In this document: one piece after another, positions 1 through 10,067 of the stretch
Layout of the letters: each line of letters opens with the position of its first letter
Numbering within the stretch: the stretch's first letter is position 1
NCBI GenBank assembly: GCA_965217585.1
Contig: OZ244561.1
Coordinates: 6,240,001-6,304,000, forward strand
Direction: 5' to 3'
Source: Candidatus Latescibacterota bacterium
GTDB lineage: Bacteria; Latescibacterota; UBA2968; UBA8231
Length of the DNA: 64,000 nt
Translations under genes and position numbers: made by a program
The notes under the pieces: model-generated
What the model saw: the letters and a program-made list of their open reading frames with translations, nothing else
Told to the model about the DNA's origin: nothing
Database searches by the model: none

Positions 1-80
1 TGGGCGCGGTGCTGCTGTTGGCGCTGTGGACGGGCTGGGTGATCCACCGCTACTGGATTGAAGCAAAGGAGCAAGACTGA
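1..80 (+). CDS. 3' end of a small membrane protein (partial; typical partner upstream of SSS transporters)
   Basis: Frame from nt 3 reads GAVLLLALWTGWVIHRYWIEAKEQD*; its TGA (78-80) overlaps the ATG of the symporter (TGATG coupling). Confidence 0.6.
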   Translation, partial: GAVLLLALWTGWVIHRYWIEAKEQD

Positions 81-1531
81 TGGGCGGCATGGTGTTTGGT
101 CCGGGCGCGCTCATCGCGGTGGGGCTATACCTGGTCTCGATGATCGGCGTGGGGTGGATTGCACGCACGCGCCGCCAATCCAACAGCATGGCCGACTTCT
201 ATCTGGCGGGGCGCTCGATGGGCTTGGCCGTGCTCTTCTTGACGCTGTACGCCACCCAATACAGCGGCAATACGCTCTTTGGCTACACGGGCAAGACCTA
301 CCGCATCGGCTTTGAGTGGACGGCGTCGGTGCTCTTTATGTTCTCGATCATCGTCGGCTACATGCTCTTTGCCCCGCGCTTGGTCGCGTTGGCGCGCAAG
401 GAAGGGTTTATCACCCCGGGCGACTACATTACGCACCGCTTCCGCTCGTCGGTGCTGACGCTTTTGAGCACGGTCTTGATGATCTACGCGCTGGGCAACT
501 ACGCGCTGGCCCAGCTCAAGGCAATGGGTGCAGCCGTCGAGGGGATCACCGACGGCGCGATCCCCGGCAGCTACGGCATTATTGGCTTGGCGGTCATTAT
601 GGTCATCTATGAGACCTTGGGGGGGATGCGCTCGGTGGCGTGGACGGATGTTATGCAGGGGGGCGTGCTGCTGTTGGGCTTTGGCATCTTGGTCTTCCTC
701 ATCCCGCAGAAGCTGGGTGGGGGTCTAGGACAGGTCGTGGCCCAACTGAGCGAAATGGATCCGCCCAAGGTCCAAGCGCCGAGCTGGGAGGGGGCCAACA
801 CGTGGATCAGCTACGTGCTGCTGTTGGGCTGCGGGGCGGCCATTTACCCGCAGGCGATCCAACGGCTCTACGCCAGCCGCTCGGTCGCGGTGCTCAAGCG
901 CTCGCTGGCCCTGATGGCCTTTATGCCGCTGACCACTACGTTGGTGGCCCTGGTGTGCGGCTTGACCGCGGCGGTGGTGTTGCCCGATCTGAGCAAGGCC
1001 GAAAGCGACCAAGTGTTGGCCCGGCTCTGCGCGCTGATTATGGGCGAATCCGCGCTGGGCTACTGGCTGGTCGTGGCGATCTTTGCCGCGGTGCTGGCGG
1101 CGCTGATGTCCACTGCGGACTCAGCCCTGTTGTCGATCTCGTCGATGTTCACCAAGGATATTTACCTGCCGTATTTCCGGCCGCAGGCCACCGAGGCCGA
1201 GCTGACGAAGGTGGGCAAGATCTGCTCGTGGGTCATCGTCGTATTGCTAGTCGCGGTGGCTATTAGCACCAAGGCGACTTTAGTGCGGCTGCTGGAGCTG
1301 AAGTTCGAGGTCTTGATCCAGGTCGTGCCGTGCTTTTTCCTCGGGCTGTACTGGAAGCGGCTTTCGGCGCGGACGGCGCTAACCGGCATGGTCTGCGGGC
1401 TGGCGGTGGCACTGGGGTTGACCTTCGTGGGCAAACCGATGATCTGGGGCTTCCACGCCGGGGTGATTGGTCTCGGCGTCAACACGGCGATCTGTGCCAT
1501 CGGCACCTGGTGCAAACCGGCGACATCATAG
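80..1531 (+). CDS. Sodium:solute symporter (SSS, PanF/PutP-like)
   Basis: 483 aa, many TM segments; motifs DFYLAGRS, YETLGGMRSVAWTDVMQG, AALMSTADS. Confidence 0.92.
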   Translation: MGGMVFGPGALIAVGLYLVSMIGVGWIARTRRQSNSMADFYLAGRSMGLAVLFLTLYATQYSGNTLFGYTGKTYRIGFEWTASVLFMFSIIVGYMLFAPRLVALARKEGFITPGDYITHRFRSSVLTLLSTVLMIYALGNYALAQLKAMGAAVEGITDGAIPGSYGIIGLAVIMVIYETLGGMRSVAWTDVMQGGVLLLGFGILVFLIPQKLGGGLGQVVAQLSEMDPPKVQAPSWEGANTWISYVLLLGCGAAIYPQAIQRLYASRSVAVLKRSLALMAFMPLTTTLVALVCGLTAAVVLPDLSKAESDQVLARLCALIMGESALGYWLVVAIFAAVLAALMSTADSALLSISSMFTKDIYLPYFRPQATEAELTKVGKICSWVIVVLLVAVAISTKATLVRLLELKFEVLIQVVPCFFLGLYWKRLSARTALTGMVCGLAVALGLTFVGKPMIWGFHAGVIGLGVNTAICAIGTWCKPATS

Positions 1532-1546
1532 ACTAAAAGGGGACCT

Positions 1547-2611
1547 ATGCGTCCAGCATCCAAGCAATTTCTCGTCGATCTGCTCAGTGCTCCCGGCCCT
1601 TCGGGCTACGAGGGGCCGGTGCGGGCGGTGTGGAAGGCCGCAGTGGAAAAGTACGCCGACCGAGTCGAGGTCGATGTCCACGGCAATACCATCGGCGTCC
1701 ACAACGAAGCTGGCGGCCCCAAGATCATGTTCGCCGGACACGCCGACGAGTTGGGTTTCCAGATCGTTTACATCGACGACAAAGGCTATCTCTACTTTGA
1801 CACCATTGGCGGCTTTGACTTACAGATCGTGCCCGGTCGCAAGGTGCGCATCTACACGGTGCAGGGGCCGGTTTTCGGCGTGTTGGGCAAAAAGCCCATC
1901 CATCTGATGAAGGCAGCGGATCGGACCAAGGTACCGGACAAACACGACTTGTGGATCGATATCGGCGCAGCCGACGCGGACGAGGCGCGGCAACTGGTGG
2001 CCATCGGCGACCCGGCGACCTACGACGCCAACTTTGAGGAACTGCGCAATGGGCTGGTGGTGTCGCGGGGGATTGACAATAAGGCCGGTGCTTGGGTGGT
2101 CGCCGAGGCGCTGCGGCGGGTGAGCCGCGCCAAGCGCAAGTGCCGCGCCGCCGTGTATGCGGTGGCCACCGCGCAGGAGGAAGTGGGGATACGCGGAGCC
2201 AAGACCAGCGCCTACGGAATCGATCCGCTGGTGGGCATTGCCGTGGATGTTACTTGGGCAACGGACCATCCAGACATCGATAAGCGCCAAGTCGGGGAGT
2301 GCAAGCTGGGCGGCGGCCCGGTCATTTTGCGCGGGGCCAACGCCAACCCGGTCGTGTCCGAGCGGCTGGTGCAGGTGGCGAAAAAGAAGAAAATTCCCTA
2401 TCAGATCCAAGCCGAGCCGGGAGGCACCGGCACGGACGCCAACGCCATCCAGCTCAGTCGGGCCGGGGTGGCCACGGGCTTGGTCAGCGTGCCGCAGCGC
2501 TACATGCACACGCCGGTCGAGATCGCGTCCTTAGAGGACTTGGACCACACCGCACGACTGTTGGCGGAGTTTGCGCTAGCTGTGGATGAAAAGGAGAGTT
2601 TCATACCATGA
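1547..2611 (+). CDS. M42 family metallo-aminopeptidase
   Basis: APGPSGYE, GHADELG, IDNKAG, QEEVG, GGTGTD, RYMHTPVE motifs. Confidence 0.93.
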   Translation: MRPASKQFLVDLLSAPGPSGYEGPVRAVWKAAVEKYADRVEVDVHGNTIGVHNEAGGPKIMFAGHADELGFQIVYIDDKGYLYFDTIGGFDLQIVPGRKVRIYTVQGPVFGVLGKKPIHLMKAADRTKVPDKHDLWIDIGAADADEARQLVAIGDPATYDANFEELRNGLVVSRGIDNKAGAWVVAEALRRVSRAKRKCRAAVYAVATAQEEVGIRGAKTSAYGIDPLVGIAVDVTWATDHPDIDKRQVGECKLGGGPVILRGANANPVVSERLVQVAKKKKIPYQIQAEPGGTGTDANAIQLSRAGVATGLVSVPQRYMHTPVEIASLEDLDHTARLLAEFALAVDEKESFIP

Positions 2612-3714
2612 AAATAACGTCTGTCGATATTTGGACCGTGGTGGTGCCGACGATACCCGGGCGGGTACACAGCCCGGAATGCGTCGCCGAGACCGGGTGG
2701 GACCAAATGCCCAAGCACATCGTGCGCCTGAATACGGATACCGAGTTGACGGGTTTGGGCGAGACTGGGCGCGGCGTGCCGATAGAACAGGTCCGCGCAG
2801 GGGCGGCCCAGCTCTTGGGCAAAGACCCTGAGCAACTGACCTTGCAGGATATTTTCGCCGCCCGCCACGACGGCACTGAGAAATTGCCCACAGTGGGGGG
2901 CGGGCCGGCGTATGACGCCTTTGAGATGGCGGTCTTTGACTTGGTGGGTAAAGCTCGTCAGGTGCCGGTACACGCGCTGCTGGGCGGTGCGGTACGCGAC
3001 CGAGTGCGGGCCGATTACTGGATGGGGCACCTGACGGTTGAAGACGGCAAGCGAGCGGTTGAACGGGCGCTCGCACACGGATTCAAAGGCGTCAAGATCA
3101 AGTGCAAGATCGAGGAGCCGATGGTCGAAAGGCTCCAGGCCATGCGCGAGGTGGGCGGAGTGGATTTCAAGGTGACGGTCGATCCTAATGAGCGCTTCCA
3201 CACGGCCGAGCAGACCATCGAGCTGGCGCAGCAACTCGCGGAGGTGGGCAACGTCGAGGTTTTTGAAGACCCGATCCCCAAATCCGATTTGCAAGGTTAC
3301 GTCCAAATCCACGAGGCGATTGACCTGCCGGTAGCCATGCACGTGGGGAGCGGGCCAGCTATCATCCGCGCCATCAAGGCTGGGGTCGTCGATTGTTTTA
3401 ACTTGGGCGGCAGCCTCGTGGGCTTTCAGAAGAATGCGGCGGTTGCCGCAGCCGCGGGCCTGCGCTGCTGGCACGGCTCGGGCAATGACTTGGGAATTGT
3501 CGATACCTCGTACGTCCACGCGGCCGCGGCCGCGCCCAATTGCACGATGGCTTCGGATTTTGTGGGGAGCTGGACTCGCGAGGACGACCTGATCGTCGAG
3601 CCGATCCCTTTTGTCGATGGGTACGTGCCCACGCCCATGCAGCCGGGCTTGGGCTGTGTGCTGGACGAAAAAGCCTTGGTGCGCTACGTTCGGGGGAGCG
3701 AAACCGCTTCTTGA
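2608..3714 (+). CDS. Mandelate racemase/muconate lactonizing enzyme (enolase superfamily)
   Basis: GLGE, AFEMAVFDLVGK...VPVHALLGG, KIK motif, VDPN, FEDP, PGLG. Confidence 0.9.
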   Translation: MKITSVDIWTVVVPTIPGRVHSPECVAETGWDQMPKHIVRLNTDTELTGLGETGRGVPIEQVRAGAAQLLGKDPEQLTLQDIFAARHDGTEKLPTVGGGPAYDAFEMAVFDLVGKARQVPVHALLGGAVRDRVRADYWMGHLTVEDGKRAVERALAHGFKGVKIKCKIEEPMVERLQAMREVGGVDFKVTVDPNERFHTAEQTIELAQQLAEVGNVEVFEDPIPKSDLQGYVQIHEAIDLPVAMHVGSGPAIIRAIKAGVVDCFNLGGSLVGFQKNAAVAAAAGLRCWHGSGNDLGIVDTSYVHAAAAAPNCTMASDFVGSWTREDDLIVEPIPFVDGYVPTPMQPGLGCVLDEKALVRYVRGSETAS

Positions 3715-3790
3715 GCGGAGCGATCCATTTACAATTCTGTGCGTCGGGATTGCTTGGCGCACTTAATCTCTATATAGGAGGAATAGTATC

Positions 3791-4318
3791 ATGCGCAAAT
3801 GGCTGGATAAAACCACGGCCCTGGTCCTGTGCAGTGCTCTGGTGCTGGCCGCCTGTGGTGGCGACGACGACGAAGCCGCACCAGTGGAACCCGAGCCGGA
3901 ACCGGTGGCTGAGATAACGCCTGAAATTATCGGCTTATACGGCACGGTGGTCTCCAGTTTCCAGACGATCTTCTTCGCTGCGCTGATCCCTGGTACGACG
4001 TCGGTGCCGGGGGAAGGCGGTGGCTCGGTGGAAATCGCAGGCAACGATTGGACGTTGAATGAGTATTCACCCGATGGTGCGTTGATAGTCAACGGTGCCT
4101 TGAACGTCGGCATAGACCAGACGCCCATTCCGCTGACCGGGGAGGTTACCTTGTCTGGATCACAGGAAGCCGAGCTGGTACTCAATATGGAGCTTTCGGT
4201 TGGGACCGACGGTCTTTCTTCTACCGGGACGATAACCATTGACGGCGCAGAATTTGACGTCGCGGAACTCTCGGCTGCTGTCGCCGCTGCTGTCGCTGCT
4301 GCCGAGGCCGCTGGATAG
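3791..4318 (+). CDS. Acidic lipoprotein of unknown function
   Basis: Strong RBS (AGGAGG); lipobox LAAC followed by GGDDDE. Confidence 0.8.
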   Translation: MRKWLDKTTALVLCSALVLAACGGDDDEAAPVEPEPEPVAEITPEIIGLYGTVVSSFQTIFFAALIPGTTSVPGEGGGSVEIAGNDWTLNEYSPDGALIVNGALNVGIDQTPIPLTGEVTLSGSQEAELVLNMELSVGTDGLSSTGTITIDGAEFDVAELSAAVAAAVAAAEAAG

Positions 4319-4324
4319 TAGGCC

Positions 4325-4837
4325 GTGCCGTTTTGCTGTTTGGTCGCAGCCCTAGCCTTGTGCTGGGGCTGCGACCGCGGTCTCGATGCTGAGGCCACCG
4401 GGCAGACCGGGATCGCCGGTCGGCTGCACTTTGTCGGCGAGTGGCCCGCGAACGTGGGGCAGGTGGCTGTGGCCGTCTATCGCGAGCCACCCGCTTCGCT
4501 TGCCGATTTTTTTCGCATCAATGGCTGGGATACCGAGGTGGCGCTCGGAGTCGAGTCCTATGACTATTTCGTCCCCTTAGACGGGGAAGGCGTATATCAG
4601 TGGATTATCGTGGCTTGGCGCGAGGAGGACCAGTTCTGGGACTTCACCTCGCTTTTGGGCTGCTATCACCTACCCGAAGCCGACCGCCCCTCGTCGGTGG
4701 AAGTTGGCCCCGGAGAGGTCGCTACCGGTATCGACATTGAGATCAACTTCGCTGTGTTGGACCATGAGACCGAGCTTAGCACTGCTCTGTGTGAGCGCGT
4801 TTTGCCTGCTGAACTCTTGGCCGAGTTCGGCCGCTGA
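4325..4837 (+). CDS. Hypothetical exported protein/lipoprotein associated with TonB receptor
   Basis: Hydrophobic N-terminus with WGC, co-oriented and overlapping the TBDR start. Confidence 0.7.
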   Translation: MPFCCLVAALALCWGCDRGLDAEATGQTGIAGRLHFVGEWPANVGQVAVAVYREPPASLADFFRINGWDTEVALGVESYDYFVPLDGEGVYQWIIVAWREEDQFWDFTSLLGCYHLPEADRPSSVEVGPGEVATGIDIEINFAVLDHETELSTALCERVLPAELLAEFGR

Positions 4838-7016
4838 TATCGTCGTCCGCGTCCTCGACGCCAGCGACCAAACCCCGCTGCCCGGCGCGACGTTGGCGGT
4901 GCTGGGAACGGAATTTGGGGGATACGCCAACGAAGAGGGCCACTGCCGGGTCGAGGGCTTGCCGCCCGGCCAATACGATCTGCTTTGTTCGCATATTGGC
5001 TATCGCTCGCACACCCTGCACGGCGTTGCGCCCGGGGAGGAGGAGCGCGTCGTCGCCCTCGAACCTACGGCCGTCGAAGTTCCCGAGCTAGTCGTCTCTG
5101 CTGCCCGCCGCTCCCAAACTTTTGCCCAAGCCCCCATTAGTATCTCAGTCGCCGATGCCGAGCGCATCGCCGATCACAACGCCTTCTCGCTGACAGGCCC
5201 CCTGCGCTATGTCTCGGGCATCAGCCAAGTGGGTAGCCAGCCCGTCGTCCGCGGGTCGAGTGGCTACAGCCGCGGCACGGGCAGTCGGCTGCTGATGCTG
5301 GTGGATGGGTTTCCAATGCTGTCGTCGGATGTGGGCGACATCAAGTGGGATGCCGTGCCCCTGCAGCAAGTTGAGCGCGTGGAGGTAGTCAAAGGAGCTG
5401 GCTCGGCCCTGTACGGCACGGGGGCTTTGGGCGGGGTAATCAACGTGCTTACGCGCGATCCGGCGCGTGAGCCGGGCACCCGCTTTCGGCTGCTCAGCGG
5501 GCTGTATAGCCAGCCAGCGCATAGCCAGTGGCGTTGGCGCGAGTCCCCGATGCACTTTGTCGGGTTTGACGTAAGCCACAATCGGGTCTTGGGCCGGACC
5601 GGCTTGGCGCTGAGTGGGGGCCACAATCGGAGCACGGGGTACCACCAAAACGGAGATAATCGCCGCTACCATCTATACGCCAAGGCAGTGCATCGCTTTT
5701 CGCCGACGAGCTATTGGCGCGTGATGGGCAATTGGGCACTGGACGACCACGGGGTTTTCATCCAGTGGCGCGACCGCAGCCATCCGCTGGCTGTGCCCGA
5801 AAGCGACGCCCCAGCCCATACCCTCTCGTGGAAGCTGCACCTCAATTCCGAGTACTACCACTTGGTACACAGCGACCTGGGCTACCGGCTCAAGCTGGGG
5901 TATTACCGCACGGATTTTACCAACAACGCGGCGGCTGGAGGCTTGGCCTCAGATGGCCACAAAATTTCGGGCGAAGGTCAGTTCGATTACACGGGGTTGC
6001 GCGGTTGGAATTGGACGCTGGGGCTGGCCTCCGTGGCCGATCTGGTGCGCTCGCCTGACGATTTCCTCGGCACGCGCTCTTTGATGACGGTCTCCGGCTA
6101 CGCCCAAGGCGTGTATGAAATCAGTCCGCTAGCCGAGTGGACGACCGGGTTGCGCTACGACTGGAGTCGGCTCTCCGCCGCCTCTGGGCTGACGGGCGGG
6201 CCGTGCGGGGCACCGCCGGTCGAGAGTAAAAGTATTGGGGAATTTAGCCCCCAGGTCGGCTTTTCCTATCGGCTGTCGGAGGCGACTGCGCTGCGGGCTT
6301 CGCTCGGCCGTGGTTTTCGCGTGCCTTCGGTACTTGAGGTCTTTTCCCAGGCCGAGGCCTCTGGTATCCGGGTCTGCCCTAACCCCGCCTTGGATCCCGA
6401 GCGGGCTTGGTCTGGCGAGGTCGGGATCAAACAGGGGCTGGCAAAGTGGTTGGCCCTCGATATGGCCCTGTTTTGGAACGAGTACCGCGGGCTGATTGAG
6501 GGGCGTCCAGACCCCTATACTGGAGGGACCGTGCCCGTGGCGCGCTTCCTGAATTTGGCGCGGGCGCGGGTCGGCGGGTTTGAAAGCGAAGTCTTGGCCG
6601 CCCTGCCGCTGGGCTTGGGGGCTAGGGCGGCTTATACCTTTGTCGATGGCGTAGAGTTTCTCGATGGGGACCAAGTGCTGCCGCCTTATTGCCACGGCGA
6701 CTACGGTGATCAGGCACCGCTGCCCTATCGGTCGCGCCACGTCCTCAATCTGGGCCTCCAAGGGGAGCGCGGTCCCACCAGCGGGCGGGTGAACTTCCAA
6801 TACCTCAGCCGTTTTGAACGGGTATCCGGCCTCTTTGCCGAGTGCGGGCGCGACTATGTGCCCATTTACTTGCTCGACGTGCAGTTGAGCCGACAGCTAG
6901 GCCCCTTGCGGCTCAACCTGCGGGTGGACAACGCGCTGCAGTATTACTACGCGACGATCGAGCGCAAAATACGCCCCTTGCGTCGCATCTCCTTGAGCGT
7001 GGATGGTGCGCTCTAA
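4764..7016 (+). CDS. TonB-dependent receptor with N-terminal carboxypeptidase-regulatory-like domain
   Basis: Signal peptide from ATG 4764; PLPGATL...SHIGY domain; plug motifs LMLVDG, VERVEVVKGAGSALYGTGALGGVIN; NPALDPERA. Confidence 0.92.
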   Translation: MRPSLALLCVSAFCLLNSWPSSAADIVVRVLDASDQTPLPGATLAVLGTEFGGYANEEGHCRVEGLPPGQYDLLCSHIGYRSHTLHGVAPGEEERVVALEPTAVEVPELVVSAARRSQTFAQAPISISVADAERIADHNAFSLTGPLRYVSGISQVGSQPVVRGSSGYSRGTGSRLLMLVDGFPMLSSDVGDIKWDAVPLQQVERVEVVKGAGSALYGTGALGGVINVLTRDPAREPGTRFRLLSGLYSQPAHSQWRWRESPMHFVGFDVSHNRVLGRTGLALSGGHNRSTGYHQNGDNRRYHLYAKAVHRFSPTSYWRVMGNWALDDHGVFIQWRDRSHPLAVPESDAPAHTLSWKLHLNSEYYHLVHSDLGYRLKLGYYRTDFTNNAAAGGLASDGHKISGEGQFDYTGLRGWNWTLGLASVADLVRSPDDFLGTRSLMTVSGYAQGVYEISPLAEWTTGLRYDWSRLSAASGLTGGPCGAPPVESKSIGEFSPQVGFSYRLSEATALRASLGRGFRVPSVLEVFSQAEASGIRVCPNPALDPERAWSGEVGIKQGLAKWLALDMALFWNEYRGLIEGRPDPYTGGTVPVARFLNLARARVGGFESEVLAALPLGLGARAAYTFVDGVEFLDGDQVLPPYCHGDYGDQAPLPYRSRHVLNLGLQGERGPTSGRVNFQYLSRFERVSGLFAECGRDYVPIYLLDVQLSRQLGPLRLNLRVDNALQYYYATIERKIRPLRRISLSVDGAL

Positions 7017-8709
7017 CAATCCCTATACAGCTAGTATAGTCCAGTGGCAGGCCGCCATTGAGCAGGGCCGCTTCGACTGCGAGTTCGGACGGATCTACGG
7101 ACGGGACCAGGTGGCGATTTGGCGGGCCAACTACTTGGAGGCTCTGCGCCATTTTGCAGCTCGCTACGGCAGCGAGGGCCGCGTGGTCGTGGCGCGCTGC
7201 CCTGGGCAGATGAACGTCATGGGTATGCACATTGACTACGGCGGCATGCCCTCAGTGCGGATGGCCGTGCGCGGCGCGGATACGTTGGTGGTGGCGCGGG
7301 CGGCTTCCAGTCGGCGAGTGCGGCTCGCCAGCTTTTTGCGCAGCCCAGGTGCGGCCGTAGATCGCTTCGCTCCGATTGAACTCGACTTGAAGGAAATCCT
7401 ACCGAAGGTCCGCGTGGCCGAGCGGCAGGCACTGATGGACTACGCGGGCCAAGTTTGCCGCCAGCGCTTAGAGCGCACGGGTAGCGCCTTGGCCAGCGAC
7501 TGGTCGGCGCTGGTAGCGGGGCAGCTCGTGTACTTGGAGAGTTACTTTCGCGGTCGCGTGGCCTTGGGCGGCTTCGACGGGCTGGTGTGGAGCAATGTCT
7601 CGCCCAGCGGGGGCATGAGTTCGTCTTCGGCGCTGGTTGTGGCGACGGCGCTGGCGGCGATGGGGGTTCACGGATTGGTGCCGCGCCGCGATATGCCCGA
7701 AGCGGACTTGGTCGATGGGCTGGGCACCTCGGAGTGGATGCGCGGCACGCGCGGTGGCACGGCAGACCACGGAGGGATGATCTTGGGTCGGGCGGGCAAA
7801 CTGGTCGGCGTCGGCGTCTTTCCGGCTCGCGTACAAGGCGAGGCCGCGTTGCCCGACGAGTACGCAGCCCTAGTGCTCGACAGCGGCGTCGTGCGCGAAT
7901 ACGACGAGGCCGTCAAGGAAGAGACGGTCATCGCCTATCCGCTCGGCGCGTTTATCGCCCGCGAGCTGATTTTGCCGCGGCTGGGCAAAGGCAGCGCTGT
8001 GCGCAAGCGCATCCGCTATCTCCGGGATATTGCGTCCGAGCCGCTGGGGCTGTCGCTTGCGGACCTGTACCGGGTCTTGGGCCAGATGCCTCGGCAGACC
8101 AGTCTGGCGGAGTTAGCGACCGCAGCGCAAGCGGCCGGAGTCGGGGAGCATTTTGACGCCATGTGCCAGCGAGAGGTCGCCGGCAAGTTCCAGCTCCTAT
8201 CCGAGGACACGCCGTTGTTTATTCGCCGGCGCTGTATTTATGGATTGGCCGAACAGGACCGGGTGGCCGGTATGGTCGAATACCTCAATGCGGGCGATGT
8301 GGCCACGGCCTTGGAACTGATCCGCATTTCGCACGACGGCGATCTAGATCGGGAAGTCGGAGACGAAGTTTTGGCGCAGCTTGTAGAGCGGGCCGAGCGT
8401 GGAGAAGAGCGAGCGCAATTGCGCTTTTTGCCCGGGGGCTACGGACGGATGACGCCAGCTTACGATCGGACTGTGCGAGAGGTCAATCGGTTTCTCATCG
8501 CCGAGGGACCAACGGCGGGGGCCGTGCAGCGGCTGGGCGCGGGCTGGGGCGGCAACATCGGCGGGCTAGTCCACCGTGCGTTCGTCGATGGGAAACGCCG
8601 CGCCGCATTTGCCGATATGTTGCGCACGGAGCTGGGCCATGAGCCGGAGCTAGCCGTGGCCGTGCCCGGAGAAGGTGCGAATTTGCTCGCCGCGCCCCAA
8701 AGAGGCTGA
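7003..8709 (+). CDS. GHMP kinase, divergent galactokinase-like
   Basis: CPGQMNVMGMHIDYGG (GalK N-terminal motif variant), SPSGGMSSSSALV ATP loop, GAGWGG. Confidence 0.8.
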   Translation: MVRSNNPYTASIVQWQAAIEQGRFDCEFGRIYGRDQVAIWRANYLEALRHFAARYGSEGRVVVARCPGQMNVMGMHIDYGGMPSVRMAVRGADTLVVARAASSRRVRLASFLRSPGAAVDRFAPIELDLKEILPKVRVAERQALMDYAGQVCRQRLERTGSALASDWSALVAGQLVYLESYFRGRVALGGFDGLVWSNVSPSGGMSSSSALVVATALAAMGVHGLVPRRDMPEADLVDGLGTSEWMRGTRGGTADHGGMILGRAGKLVGVGVFPARVQGEAALPDEYAALVLDSGVVREYDEAVKEETVIAYPLGAFIARELILPRLGKGSAVRKRIRYLRDIASEPLGLSLADLYRVLGQMPRQTSLAELATAAQAAGVGEHFDAMCQREVAGKFQLLSEDTPLFIRRRCIYGLAEQDRVAGMVEYLNAGDVATALELIRISHDGDLDREVGDEVLAQLVERAERGEERAQLRFLPGGYGRMTPAYDRTVREVNRFLIAEGPTAGAVQRLGAGWGGNIGGLVHRAFVDGKRRAAFADMLRTELGHEPELAVAVPGEGANLLAAPQRG

Positions 8710-8710
8710 G

Positions 8711-9898
8711 ATGGAACACTTGTTGGATGGCGTGCGGGTGCTCGACTTGACGCGGGTTTTAGCCGGGCCGTACGCGTCTATGGTGTTGGCCGACTTGGGC
8801 GCGGAAGTCATCAAGATCGAGCTGCCGGGCACGGGCGACGAGGCGCGGGGGTTCGGGCCGTTCCAAAACGGCGAGAGCGCGTACTTTGCCAGCGTCAACC
8901 GGGGCAAGAAGAGCGCGACGATCGACTTGCGGCAGGCGCGGGGTCAGGACTTGGCGCGGCGTTTGGCCGGCGAGTGCGATGTGTTGATTGAGAATTTTCG
9001 TCCCAGCAGTATGGATCGCTTTGGGTTGGGGTACGCGGACCTGCACGCGCTGTACCCGCGCTTGGTGTACGCGTCGATTTCGGGTTTTGGCCAGACTGGC
9101 CCGTACGCGCAGAGGCCTGCGTACGATGTCCTCATTCAGGCGATGGGGGGTCTAGCCAGCATTACCGGGCAGCCCGACGGTCCGCCCGTGCGGGTCGGCT
9201 CGTCGATTGCCGACTTGAGTGCGGCTCTCTTTGGGGCCATTGGCATCCTCGCGGCCTTAGAGCGGGCGCGGCGCACCGGCGAGGGGCAGCAAGTCGATAT
9301 TTCCATGCTCGACTGTCAGGTGGCCCTGCTGGAAAACGCCCTCGCCCGCTACGCCGTATCCGGCGAAGTGCCCCGGCCGCTTGGGTCGCGGCATCCGGCC
9401 ATTACCCCTTTTCAGTTTTTCGCCGCCCGCGATGGGTACATCGTCATTGCCGCGGGCAACGACCGGCTCTGGCGTCAGCTCTGCGACGCCTTGGGCCTCG
9501 GCGCGTTGGCCGACGATCCGCGTTTTGCCAACAACGCGCTGCGCACCGAGAACCACGCGGCTTTGGAGCCGATGTTGGAGCCGGTGCTGGCCGAGAAAAC
9601 GGTTGATGAGTGGTGCGCGATCCTAACTGCGGCCGGCGTGCCGAGCGGGCCGTTGTGCGATGTGGAGCAGGTCTTTGGCGACGAGCAGGTGGCGGCGCGG
9701 GAGATGATCGTCGAGCTGGAGCATCCGGTGGCGGGCCGGCAGACGGTGGCCAACTCGCCGCTGCGGTTTTCCGCGACTCCGGTGGAACTGCGCGGGCCAG
9801 CGCCCTTGTTGGGGCAGCACACCGAGGAGGTCTTAAGCGGCGTCTTGGGGCTGACGGAAGGGGAGATGGCGGCGTTGCGGGCTGAGGGTGTGATATGA
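8711..9898 (+). CDS. CoA-transferase family III (CaiB/BaiF)
   Basis: LDGVRVLDLTRVLAGPYASMVLADLGAEVIKIE, NRGKKS, ENFRP, YASISGFGQTGP, APLLGQHT. Confidence 0.95.
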   Translation: MEHLLDGVRVLDLTRVLAGPYASMVLADLGAEVIKIELPGTGDEARGFGPFQNGESAYFASVNRGKKSATIDLRQARGQDLARRLAGECDVLIENFRPSSMDRFGLGYADLHALYPRLVYASISGFGQTGPYAQRPAYDVLIQAMGGLASITGQPDGPPVRVGSSIADLSAALFGAIGILAALERARRTGEGQQVDISMLDCQVALLENALARYAVSGEVPRPLGSRHPAITPFQFFAARDGYIVIAAGNDRLWRQLCDALGLGALADDPRFANNALRTENHAALEPMLEPVLAEKTVDEWCAILTAAGVPSGPLCDVEQVFGDEQVAAREMIVELEHPVAGRQTVANSPLRFSATPVELRGPAPLLGQHTEEVLSGVLGLTEGEMAALRAEGVI

Positions 9899-10067
9899 GG
9901 GCGGGGAGTGCTTGGCTGCGCCTTGGTTGCCGCTGGATATGCTGCGACCTAACGGAAAAGTGGGCGTTAGGCTGGTATCAAATCCAACCCTAATAGCAAA
10001 GCTTCTATCTGATAAGCGGAGCCGAATTTTACATCGAACCTGCCCAACGAAATTCGGGCGTGTACCG

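Noticed and set aside
2500-3762. 420-aa antisense ORF
   Set aside because: Shadow of the enolase-family gene in GC-rich DNA; no recognisable motifs
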